Shown here one piece after another: positions 21,701 through 30,739 of a stretch of 64,000 nucleotides of DNA. How positions within the stretch are numbered: the first letter of the stretch is position 1; the number at the start of each line of letters is the position of its first letter. This stretch comes from a virus (taxonomy: Duplodnaviria > Caudoviricetes), in IMG/VR virus record IMGVR_UViG_3300024270_000002; one strand, given 5' to 3'. The notes beneath the pieces are model-generated. The model was not told the origin of the DNA, did not search any database, and saw only the letters and a list, made by a program, of their open reading frames with translations. The position numbers and the translations under genes were made by a program.

Positions 21701-24700
21701 ATATGTTGAAACTCAAGCAGTTGGTGGCTTACGTTATGATGTTGCCGGTGAATACGGCTTAATGCAGCCTTATATGCTCTATTTAGAAACACCTGACGGA
21801 GAAGTTATTCAGGATTCTGGTGTACAGATAATTGGGGGAGCTGGCGGAGGACCCGGTGGTGGCGGAGCAAGTACGCTTAAAATTAACTATGATGAAAGAT
21901 CACCCCAGGAAATTAAAGTTACTCCTTCTAATGAAGTTAAAATATACTTTACGTTTTCTGGTACAGATGCCTCCGGCGACATGATTCGTACAGCTTCAGC
22001 AACTTGGAGAATTGATGGTGTTGTTGTAGAGCGTGGAACAATAAAAAGCGGTGAAAACTACTTTGATGCAACAAAGTATGTTAAAGATGGCACTATAAAG
22101 GTACATTTAACAGTTAATGATGATAACGGTAGCACTGCTACAAAATCTTGGGAAATACAACAGATTAACCTTAAAATAGAGTCAGAGTTTTCTGATAAGA
22201 AGACGTATCCTGTCGGCGAAAGCTTTACTTTCTACTTTAAACCAACTGGAGCTATTAATAAAGTAGCTAGATTTATCTTAGACGGTGACGAACTAGGTGT
22301 AGATATTTCTGTTCCAGATTTTCCAATAGTATTAGATGCGACTAAGTCTGGTGATATTGTATATTGCGATTTGCCCGCAATGAGCCACGGCTCACACCTA
22401 CTTGAAGTTTATTTAGAGGCTGATATTAACGGTACTACTGTTGAGTCTGACCACCTACTTAAAGATATAATCTGCTTTGATACTTCTGATAAAACAAAAC
22501 CGCCGGTAATAGGCACAGTTACTCAGAGCATCATGGGAGCAAAACAGTATTCTACAACTAATATTATCTATACTGTTTATAGTAACGCTACAGATACTCC
22601 TATGGTTGATATTATGGTTGACGGTAGTATTGTTTCTAACGATTATACTGTTATGCCTAATAAAGATTATGGTAATACTCCTACTGCGATATACCCGTAT
22701 GTTGCAACTGACCCAGGTCTGCATGAAGTTAAAATAGTTTGCGAAGGTATTGAGAAAGTAATTGATATCTTTGTTGAAGACCTTGGGCTTAACATTGTTC
22801 CTGTAAAGACTGGCCTGGCTTTTGACTTTAACCCTGCTGGTAAAAATAACGGTGATATATGGAGTGATAAGGGTGTTAGTCTGTCTGTTTCTGATAACTT
22901 TGACTGGACAAATGGCGGTTACTTACCAAATGATCCTAATGGACCTTGCTTCTGTGTTAAAGCCGGTTCAACTGCTACAATTAGCCATAAATTATTTGAA
23001 AAAGAAGCGAAAGAAACTGGAAAAGAATTTAAGCTGGTATTCAAAACTAAAAACGTAGCAAATCCCGATGCAGTATTTTTATCTTGCGTAGATAGTGAGA
23101 CCAGCTCGTCTCGTGTTGGCTTACAAATGGGAGTACATAATGCTACTATTTATGGTAAGAGCGGCAATCTTGAGTTAGCATACTCAGAAGAAGACGTTAT
23201 TGAATTTGAGTTTAATATTTCACAGTATAGTACCGCAGCAGATGCTCTTAACATGGTTATGGGTTATGAAGATGGCGTACCTAGCCGTCCCATGGTATAT
23301 GATGATTCTTATAGCTTTAAACAGGATTCCGCAAACGTTAAACCGATAACTATAGGTTCTCCAGACTGTGATGTATATATTTATAGACTTAAAGTTTATA
23401 ACATTTCACTGTCTACCGCTGATATTTTAAATAACTTTATTGCCGATGCAAGAACCGCTGAGGAAATGGTTGATAGATACACTAGAAACCAGATATATGA
23501 CGAAAATAGAAAGCTAACCCCAGAAGCTCTTGCTGCAAAGTGTCCTTGGCTGCGAGTTATTAAGGTATCTGCACCTAAGTTTACTTCTAGTAAAAAAGAT
23601 GATATTGCTAAAACAACTATTCAGCAGATTTATGGTCAGGGTAGACCTTCTGATAACTGGGTGGCTTACGATGCAGTTCATAGCGGTCAAGGAACAAGCT
23701 CAGATAACTACGGTGCCGCTGGAAGAAACTTAGATTTAAAGGTGCGTATAGTTAAGGACAAAAATGGAAATCCAATAAATACTAATCCCTATTTCCTATA
23801 CACAGATGAACAGGGTGAAGATAAAATTGTTCAAAAAGTTTCTTTAACAGACACATCGATCCCAGTAGATTACTTTAACATAAAAGTTAATATTGCATCT
23901 TCTAATAACTTAACCAATGCTATTATTGCTAAACGTTATAACGAATTTAACCCTTATAAGAGGCCATATGTTCGTGACGATGAATCTATAATTCCTTATT
24001 TAAAGGATACAATGGAATTCTATAACTGTGTGGTATTTATTCAAGAGACTGACCCTGATGTTACTACCCATAGAGAGTTTGCTGATAATGACTGGCACTT
24101 CTATGCAATAGGTAACATCGGTGACTCCAAGAAGACGGATAAAACCAGATTAACTGACCCCAGCGATAAGTACGAATGTTGTGTTGAAATTATGGACGTA
24201 GGGTTACCCCTATCTGGTTTCCCATGTGATACTATGATAGATGCCATGGGCTATACTATAGATGAAGAGACTAATGAACAAATTTATACTTGGGCGAAAG
24301 ATGAGCATTTAGGTATCTTATTTGAGCGAGAGTATTCATTAACAGCTGACCCAGAAGTTAACTTAAATAAGACATACTACATAGAAGTTGACGGTAAAAT
24401 GGTTAATGCGATGGAGTATGTTATTACGGAAGTAAGGGATTACATTTGGGCTAAAAATGAAAATCTTGCTTTATTATATGAGCTTATCGATGGTGAATAT
24501 ATAAAAACTGAAGACACCGAAGTTGATTTAGAAAAAGTTTACTATATAGAGGTCGAGGAAAAAGATGCTGACGGTAATGTAACTGGTACGGTATTTTCTG
24601 ATGCTATGGGTTATACTACTAAAGAAGTAAAAACCTATACATATGCGAAGAATGAAAATCTTGACCGACTCTATGAAGTAACTTACTTTAAAACTAATGA

Positions 24701-27700
24701 TACTGAAGTAAATTACCAGAAAACTTACTATGTAGATATTTTAGAGCATGATGACTTTAGTGAAGACTACACTTATGGCTGGCGTTATATCTCTGATGAT
24801 GAGGACTCTGAGGTAGTAAACACTTGTAAACAGGCTTGGATCGATTTTTATCGATTTGTAACCACTTCAACAGACGAAGAGTTTAAAGCACACTTTGGTG
24901 ATTACTTTGTAAAAGACTCCGCGTTATACTACTATTTATTCACGACTAGATATTGTATGGTAGATAACCGTGCAAAGAATACTTTCTGGCACTATGGTAA
25001 AACTGCAGACGGTACTCGTAAGTGGGACCTTTGCTGGGACTATGATAACGATACATCGCTTGGTTTAAATAACTACGGTAAACAGGTATATCGTTATGGT
25101 CTCGAAGACATTGACCATGATGCTACTGGAGAAGAAGTATTTAGACAGAGCGATAGTACATTCTTCTGTAGAGTAAGAGACATGTTCGGCCCCGAGCTAA
25201 GAAATATGTACCAGAGCTTAGAGTCCAGTAATGCTTGGAATGCTAATGCTTTTATAAATGAAAGCGACGCATGGCAAGAGCAGTTCCCAGAGGAATTATG
25301 GCGAATAGATATTGAGCGTAAATATATTAGAACTTATACAAGTTCTTTCGTTAACGGAGGATCCTGGAAACAAGGCTTGACAACTATGGCTAACGGTAGA
25401 ATGAAATACCATAGAAGACAGTGGGAACGAAATCAAGAGCAGTATATGGCTTCCAAATATCAAACAACTACTGCTTTGGGCGATGCGGCTCATGCTAACT
25501 TCCGAGTTGGCAGACCTTCTGTTGAAAATCTTGCTATCGCACCTAATTATCAGTTCACATTAACACCATATTCTCATATTTATTTAAATGTCCAGTATGG
25601 TGGAACCTCTCCGATTTCGGTTAGGGCTGTGCCTAATGTTCCAACAGTTGTTCCATATGCCGGCGCTTCTGCCGATATTATTAATGTAGGTAGCGCTGCA
25701 GCAATTAGTAACTTTGGTGATTTATCTGCATTTTATCCAAAAACTGCTAGTGTTCAAAATGCAACAAGAATTAAGAAATTAAAACTTGGAAATAACACCT
25801 CTGGTTACTCAAACACCTTATTCCAGAGCCTTGACACTGGAAATAATAACTTACTGGAAGAACTTGACTTAACAAATATAACAAGTTACGCAGGCTCGTT
25901 AGACCTTAAACAGCTAATAAACCTTAAAAAACTATACGCCTTTGGAACTGGTTTAACTAGTGTAAGTTTTGCTGATGGTGGTAAATTAAGTTACGTAGAG
26001 CTTCCTGCGGTAAACAACATAACACTTAAAAACTTAGCTTATTTAGAATACAGTAGCCTTAAATTAGCAAGCTATAGTAATGTTGAGGATCTTGTTGTTG
26101 ACGGTTGTTCTAAGATTAATAAAGTTGATTTGTTCAATAAATGCCCTAATCTTAAGAGAGTACGCTTAATTGATATTGACTTTGGTGAAATCTCTTATGA
26201 AGAGTTTACTACTAAGGTATTTAATCTCAGAGGAATATCTCCTACCGGAAGTGAACTGGTTAATGCAGTACTTACTGGCAAAGTACGTTTCAATGACCCT
26301 AAAATAACTGGTGAACAATATAACCAGATTAAGGAACGCTATCCCGATTTAGAAGTTTCTTATAATGAGCTTGAATCTACTCTAAAATTCATGGGAGTAG
26401 ATAATGAAACTGAGCTATGTCACCAGATAATTATAAATGGCCAAGATGGTGAGGCGCCAGCTAAAGAGCTTACAGATACCTTAATAAAAGCTCCTTCTGA
26501 AAACGGTGAATTTACTTATAGCTGGATTGGTTGGTCAACTGAGCCTAATAGCACTAAAGTTGATACAGATGCTCTTAAGAATATAGAAGGTGATCGCGTG
26601 CTCTATCCTGTGTTTAAAGCTATTACTAGAGCCTATACAGTTACCTTTATTAACCTGACTGAGCCAGAGGACAGCGAGCATTACTCTTGTGTAGTTAATA
26701 ATGTGCTTTACGGTACGACTGCAATATGTCCTTGGAGTAATGATGAGATTCGTAAACAGGACGCTGTTGACCCAACTGCTTATGTGTTTAACGGCTGGCG
26801 AAATGACAATAAGCCTATAGACGCAAACGTATTTATTACGGGTAACACTGAGTGCTATGCGGTGTTTGCATATGCTAGTGAGGCAGTGCTTTCGCTCGCC
26901 GATATTACCGGTGAAGGCCTTCTTAATAGATTCGGTAATCCTTTAAGTACAGGAGATAAAGGCTATACTACAAATGAAGCAGCTAACACTATGGAAATTA
27001 TTGCGTGTAAGCCATGTCTAAACGCATCAATAATTGTGCCTGATAAGCTGGAGGGTATACCGTACAAGGTAGTAGCGCTAGGAGGCTTTTATGCCGTTTC
27101 AAATCCAGCTACGTATAATCACAAAAAGTTAGCGCACATAAAAATAGCAGATACGATAACATCTCTATTAGATTATGCGTTTATGGGCTGTACTAACCTT
27201 AGCGATGTAGAGCTGTCTAACTCATTGAGAACTATCGGTACTCATTGTTTTGAAAATTGCTCTTCATTAATCGAATTAAGTCTACCTGATACTCTTATAA
27301 ACATAGCCAACGGCGCTTTTATTGGCTGTACCAAATTAACTGACATAAATACAAATGATAATGACTACGTTAAGATTATTGATAACTGCTTAGTAAATAA
27401 CGGAACTATTGTCTTTGGAAAATTTGTACCAGATGTTTGTATACCAGACGATAGCACAGTAACTAAAATTGCTGAAGAAAGCTTTGTTTCGAATAATTAC
27501 CTTAGCCCAGAATTGATTATTCCTGAAAATATTGTTGATGTAGGTAAAAATGCTTTTAAGTACTGTTCTAGTGTTACAAGTGTAGAAATTAAAAACAAAA
27601 ACGCTACACTTAATGGTATGTGCTTTGATCAGTGCTGTAATTTAAAGTCAGTCATACTACCCGAAGAATTATTAAAGATTCCAGTATATGCCTTTAGTAA

Positions 27701-27980
27701 AACAGCACTACAAAAAATAGACCTACCTAGTACTATTAATGATATAGGTGATAGTGCTTTTAGTGACATACATGGAACGATAGCTAATCCCTTTATAGTT
27801 ACTTTTGCGGGAGGCACAAATATTGATAATCTTACTATTCATGCTAAGGCTTTTAATAACTGTACAAACATCCAATTTAAGTTGCCTTGGACAGAAAAAG
27901 AATATAATGAGTCTAAATTTAATGGTAGTGATTGGGGTGCCGTCAATCCTACATTTATATTTAACGGAGGTAATAATTAA
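18774..27980 (+). CDS. giant tail/adhesin protein (Mtd-N, coiled coil, CotH-kinase-like region, LRR and BspA-type LRR)
   Basis: KIGDG..PFSKLPY; MVDNRAKNTFW...WDYDNDTSLG; AF.GC..L..I.LP repeats. Confidence 0.8.
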   Translation: MAYKITQHRRGTTQEWLELDLVPYEGELVIEECEGNVRKCKIGDGKNPFSKLPYITDALAEELESEIGNLREQTNSTLNTAVDMLEQKIANSSTALSNTITTLDSDINKKVQVLSSDIEELSDKLTDIDSIVHDGIKSDVESLDARYSQTLTEITEQHAADVATLSADIETRANELTEAFETSLEQTEAKIEANIAATKTSLAEDYATKIEVAEERLQDAINSSEQTVQQHTKDLGDIQESIVELQTAVDSKSTEIDEKVSASEERVTISIEEVQEAINKINFTLEQMQASKEEILPDFNINSPSAEEILPVVVEQLENLHYKVNMLERGVSTSTTDIQNINIELGRLATSLSNVLEQHKTSSDSFSKALSSLDSKLSKADSDITAAIAANKKEIHENLEALTASDTLLYQVIYKIRDDLLKKIDATDSYLQAELKEDIALITESVNDSKLKLDSKLTAVQSGLADGVNAVKVELIKKLDNLEKLHDTRLSTNETSINALSTIVTSNQAALSSAIETVAADVANNKVNITNNSAEIDRVYSVLDDKINLANSNVDALNTKVNTQISGVESRMQTLLAATDQIVQQQAEAIHNIQDNITDLDQEIDDRIVNKISDSVAETNTNILEIRAAISQINLTLELLKNEVNNNSGGNNNNSLLLLAEQLSELQHKITLVESDALATNAEIQLVKNELSHLITTLTSDLDDLTKTTAITISSLDTKLSKADADILAALATHTANIADDLADLAADDTLLYQIIYRIRDELLSKVSATQAVLQTNIDASVNNLNQNIVDTKAALEEQLSQAQEDLTGVLTTTESRLDTELSRINTLYNAKTSANKKEIDDLHTTVETNQAELLAGLETVTSYIADNKTSIANSMAAINQVNSTLEGKVALINSNIDILDSQLEAQANRIDSLIAFDLNDFTLKEGEITKEDFTRLAQEVSDIRNGYDGTTHESAQAAVRAIGDNLAELESKLSQYVETQAVGGLRYDVAGEYGLMQPYMLYLETPDGEVIQDSGVQIIGGAGGGPGGGGASTLKINYDERSPQEIKVTPSNEVKIYFTFSGTDASGDMIRTASATWRIDGVVVERGTIKSGENYFDATKYVKDGTIKVHLTVNDDNGSTATKSWEIQQINLKIESEFSDKKTYPVGESFTFYFKPTGAINKVARFILDGDELGVDISVPDFPIVLDATKSGDIVYCDLPAMSHGSHLLEVYLEADINGTTVESDHLLKDIICFDTSDKTKPPVIGTVTQSIMGAKQYSTTNIIYTVYSNATDTPMVDIMVDGSIVSNDYTVMPNKDYGNTPTAIYPYVATDPGLHEVKIVCEGIEKVIDIFVEDLGLNIVPVKTGLAFDFNPAGKNNGDIWSDKGVSLSVSDNFDWTNGGYLPNDPNGPCFCVKAGSTATISHKLFEKEAKETGKEFKLVFKTKNVANPDAVFLSCVDSETSSSRVGLQMGVHNATIYGKSGNLELAYSEEDVIEFEFNISQYSTAADALNMVMGYEDGVPSRPMVYDDSYSFKQDSANVKPITIGSPDCDVYIYRLKVYNISLSTADILNNFIADARTAEEMVDRYTRNQIYDENRKLTPEALAAKCPWLRVIKVSAPKFTSSKKDDIAKTTIQQIYGQGRPSDNWVAYDAVHSGQGTSSDNYGAAGRNLDLKVRIVKDKNGNPINTNPYFLYTDEQGEDKIVQKVSLTDTSIPVDYFNIKVNIASSNNLTNAIIAKRYNEFNPYKRPYVRDDESIIPYLKDTMEFYNCVVFIQETDPDVTTHREFADNDWHFYAIGNIGDSKKTDKTRLTDPSDKYECCVEIMDVGLPLSGFPCDTMIDAMGYTIDEETNEQIYTWAKDEHLGILFEREYSLTADPEVNLNKTYYIEVDGKMVNAMEYVITEVRDYIWAKNENLALLYELIDGEYIKTEDTEVDLEKVYYIEVEEKDADGNVTGTVFSDAMGYTTKEVKTYTYAKNENLDRLYEVTYFKTNDTEVNYQKTYYVDILEHDDFSEDYTYGWRYISDDEDSEVVNTCKQAWIDFYRFVTTSTDEEFKAHFGDYFVKDSALYYYLFTTRYCMVDNRAKNTFWHYGKTADGTRKWDLCWDYDNDTSLGLNNYGKQVYRYGLEDIDHDATGEEVFRQSDSTFFCRVRDMFGPELRNMYQSLESSNAWNANAFINESDAWQEQFPEELWRIDIERKYIRTYTSSFVNGGSWKQGLTTMANGRMKYHRRQWERNQEQYMASKYQTTTALGDAAHANFRVGRPSVENLAIAPNYQFTLTPYSHIYLNVQYGGTSPISVRAVPNVPTVVPYAGASADIINVGSAAAISNFGDLSAFYPKTASVQNATRIKKLKLGNNTSGYSNTLFQSLDTGNNNLLEELDLTNITSYAGSLDLKQLINLKKLYAFGTGLTSVSFADGGKLSYVELPAVNNITLKNLAYLEYSSLKLASYSNVEDLVVDGCSKINKVDLFNKCPNLKRVRLIDIDFGEISYEEFTTKVFNLRGISPTGSELVNAVLTGKVRFNDPKITGEQYNQIKERYPDLEVSYNELESTLKFMGVDNETELCHQIIINGQDGEAPAKELTDTLIKAPSENGEFTYSWIGWSTEPNSTKVDTDALKNIEGDRVLYPVFKAITRAYTVTFINLTEPEDSEHYSCVVNNVLYGTTAICPWSNDEIRKQDAVDPTAYVFNGWRNDNKPIDANVFITGNTECYAVFAYASEAVLSLADITGEGLLNRFGNPLSTGDKGYTTNEAANTMEIIACKPCLNASIIVPDKLEGIPYKVVALGGFYAVSNPATYNHKKLAHIKIADTITSLLDYAFMGCTNLSDVELSNSLRTIGTHCFENCSSLIELSLPDTLINIANGAFIGCTKLTDINTNDNDYVKIIDNCLVNNGTIVFGKFVPDVCIPDDSTVTKIAEESFVSNNYLSPELIIPENIVDVGKNAFKYCSSVTSVEIKNKNATLNGMCFDQCCNLKSVILPEELLKIPVYAFSKTALQKIDLPSTINDIGDSAFSDIHGTIANPFIVTFAGGTNIDNLTIHAKAFNNCTNIQFKLPWTEKEYNESKFNGSDWGAVNPTFIFNGGNN

Positions 27981-28669
27981 TGTATAAAATTATAAAAGAA
28001 GACAAAGTAATTGATGTAGTTCAATATGCTGATTTTATACGCTTTTTACCTGCGGGACAGGTGATTCGTACAAATGAGGAACTTGCAGAAGGTCTTATTG
28101 GTTCAGACTACCAGACTTTATATAGCTTCAAACCAGTTAAAAATCCCGAGGCAATTATTGTAACAATAGAAGAAATTTCTGCAAAGGAATTCAATAGGCT
28201 TCAAAACCTATTGAATTCCGCTAAGAGCATTAGTGCTAATGAAAAAGCTTTAGCGCAAGCAAAAGAAGCTAAAATTGAAAGTCTATCTACTATTTGTAAA
28301 AATATGATTACAGAGGGCTTTTCAATAACATTGGCCGATGGTAAGGATTATAATTTTAGGCTAACTACTGAAGATCAGCTTAATTTATTAAACTTTGAAA
28401 ATCAGCTAAATTCAGGTGCTAAGCAGTTTATTTATCACGCCACAGCACTGCCTTGTAGAGTCTTTAAACGAGATGACATGGCAAAGATTATAAAAGCCTA
28501 TAGACAGTGTTTGTTATATCACACTACTTATTTTAATGTTGCTAAACAGTACATAGCTTCACTTACTGACTTAGATTTAGTTAACTCATTTTCTTATGGC
28601 GCTGATATAACTAGCACGGCGACAGACCCTATTTTACGTCAGATACTGGTAGAGGGGGGGCAAAAATAG
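27980..28669 (+). CDS. DUF4376-like tail fibre assembly protein
   Basis: F.LTTEDQLNL...YHA...C...YHTTYFN. Confidence 0.65.
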   Translation: MYKIIKEDKVIDVVQYADFIRFLPAGQVIRTNEELAEGLIGSDYQTLYSFKPVKNPEAIIVTIEEISAKEFNRLQNLLNSAKSISANEKALAQAKEAKIESLSTICKNMITEGFSITLADGKDYNFRLTTEDQLNLLNFENQLNSGAKQFIYHATALPCRVFKRDDMAKIIKAYRQCLLYHTTYFNVAKQYIASLTDLDLVNSFSYGADITSTATDPILRQILVEGGQK

Positions 28670-28930
28670 ATGAAAGCACGAATAAGCCAATTGCATAAAA
28701 CAGAAGTTGAATGGCAAAAATTTTCTAGTTGGATTCCAGAACCTGGAGAGCTCGTTGTGTATGACCCGGACGGAAATTACGCACATGCTCGTGTAAAAGT
28801 TGGTGACGGCAAACGTACGCTCAGCGAGTTAGACTTCTTTATTACTTCTGCAATCGAAGACGTATTAAAACAAATCCGCTTTGAAGAATCTGTCGACGGT
28901 GGACGTATTACAGAATATTCTAAAAAGTAA
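28670..28930 (+). CDS. small Mtd-N/hyaluronidase-N domain protein
   Basis: PEPGELVVY...KVGDG...L. Confidence 0.65.
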   Translation: MKARISQLHKTEVEWQKFSSWIPEPGELVVYDPDGNYAHARVKVGDGKRTLSELDFFITSAIEDVLKQIRFEESVDGGRITEYSKK

Positions 28931-29036
28931 ATAAAAAATAAACCCAAAATAGATTTATTAAAACTATCGCTATTCTGGGTTTATTTTTTGCTAAATTATA
29001 TAGAAAATGTTAAAATGAAAGGTGAGTTTGTAGCTA

Positions 29037-29696
29037 ATGATCCAATTTAGACGCGGAACAACTAAAAACTGGCGAAATACAAAAACAAAACTGGCTTCTG
29101 GTCAGCCTGGCTATGATAAAGATAAACATAAGATTAAAGTAGGCGATGGTGAAAAAATTTGGTCTGACCTGCCCTATGTCGGTGGCCTATCTGCAGAAGA
29201 AATTTTAAACTCTGAAAAAGCTGCAAAGAGTAGATATAATAAAGATAAAGAGGATATAACTCTTATTACCTACGGTACAGAAGCACCTGATAAAAATACT
29301 GTTGGACAGGTCTATCTACAACAATATGAAGCTGAACCAGAGACAGACTATATAGTAAGTTCTGGTATTAGCGATATTTGGACATATCAAAAGTGGAAAT
29401 CCGGTGTAGCAAAATGCTGGGGCACCTTGTCTCTAACTACTAATATTCAAAATGCTTTTGAGGGTATGGAGCTTTTTCATGATAGTAAAATGAAGAGTGT
29501 GAAATACCCTTTTACTTTTAAAGATATACCTAGTGAGACGGCTACTCTACAAAGTCCTGGTGCTATTGCTTGGTTGGCAAATAAATCTAAAAATACCAAT
29601 AGCACTTCAGGAGTATATACTATTATTAGTCCGGATAAGCAATCAACAAACGCTGTCTACAATATTTCTTTGCAGGTCGAAGGCTCCTGGAGATAA
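29037..29696 (+). CDS. tail fibre protein (Mtd-N plus C-terminal fibre tip)
   Basis: IQFRRGT...KVGDG...LPY; WTYQKWKSGVAKCWG. Confidence 0.75.
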   Translation: MIQFRRGTTKNWRNTKTKLASGQPGYDKDKHKIKVGDGEKIWSDLPYVGGLSAEEILNSEKAAKSRYNKDKEDITLITYGTEAPDKNTVGQVYLQQYEAEPETDYIVSSGISDIWTYQKWKSGVAKCWGTLSLTTNIQNAFEGMELFHDSKMKSVKYPFTFKDIPSETATLQSPGAIAWLANKSKNTNSTSGVYTIISPDKQSTNAVYNISLQVEGSWR

Positions 29697-29711
29697 TCGG
29701 AGGTCTTTGAT

Positions 29712-30737
29712 ATGGCAACAAAAATAAAAATAGGCCACGCGTCAATTAGTGAAAATAATTCTATTAATGGTGTAGCCGGCGACTCTACTGGTCAAGAGGT
29801 TTATATAAATAATGAGTTTGATATAGCTAGTTTAAAACCTAATGTGCTTTTACGCCCCAATACTGCCACTCTTGCGAATGCTTCTGCAAAAGCATGTGAG
29901 GTAGGCTGTGAGAATAATAATATAGGTTATTCACAGAGTGGGAGAAATACTCTTTATAACCTTGCTAGCGCCAATGGATATGATTTGTCGAAAGTTGGAT
30001 TATGTAATACAGACTGCTCTGCTTTTCTAACTGTTTGCGCTATAGCTGGAGGTGCAAAAATCACTTATGGTAGCAATGCACCTACGACTACTAATATGCG
30101 TACTAGGTTCAAACAATCTGGCGATTACTTAGTTTTAACGGACTCTAAACATCTTACAAATACTGACTACCTTAAGCGTGGCGATATTCTCGTTTGTGAA
30201 GGTAGCCATACTGTTATGGTGCTTGAAAATGGTAGTAATGTAATTGATGATATTGAAGATAGTGGAGCTACCGGAGTTACTCCTATAACCATTATAAAAG
30301 TACATGTTATAGAAGTAGCTATGAGTAAAATTAATAAAAATTCGGCCGTGGCTTCTGTTAAAATACTGGAACAAAAAACTGGGGCAGCTACCAAACTGTT
30401 AAGTACGAAGGCTGTAAGAAACTATACCCTATCTTATACCTTAGAGCATCTGGGTGGCAATACTACTACAAAACAAATTAAGGTTGTTTCAAACCGGCTA
30501 AGTTTAACACTGAATAACCTACAACCAGATGCTTCTTATATGTTGAATGTTATTGCTAAAAAAGACGGTGAAGTAGCATTTTGCTCACAAAAAGTGTTAT
30601 TTACAACACTACCAGAAAAAGAGACTATTAATAACACAAAGAGAGAATTTGCTGCAAAAACTTTGAATGTGGTTGATCATTTTTATATAAAAACAGGCGA
30701 TAAATTTAGCCCTGTAATAATTTATAAAGAGGTATAA
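29712..30737 (+). CDS. NlpC/P60-like cell-wall hydrolase with FN3-like C-terminus
   Basis: DCSAF...GDILV...HTVMV. Confidence 0.7.
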   Translation: MATKIKIGHASISENNSINGVAGDSTGQEVYINNEFDIASLKPNVLLRPNTATLANASAKACEVGCENNNIGYSQSGRNTLYNLASANGYDLSKVGLCNTDCSAFLTVCAIAGGAKITYGSNAPTTTNMRTRFKQSGDYLVLTDSKHLTNTDYLKRGDILVCEGSHTVMVLENGSNVIDDIEDSGATGVTPITIIKVHVIEVAMSKINKNSAVASVKILEQKTGAATKLLSTKAVRNYTLSYTLEHLGGNTTTKQIKVVSNRLSLTLNNLQPDASYMLNVIAKKDGEVAFCSQKVLFTTLPEKETINNTKREFAAKTLNVVDHFYIKTGDKFSPVIIYKEV

Positions 30738-30739
30738 TA

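Noticed and set aside
17471-29696. Diversity-generating retroelement suggested by Mtd-N-like domains
   Set aside because: No reverse transcriptase and no template/variable repeat pair noticed in this window.
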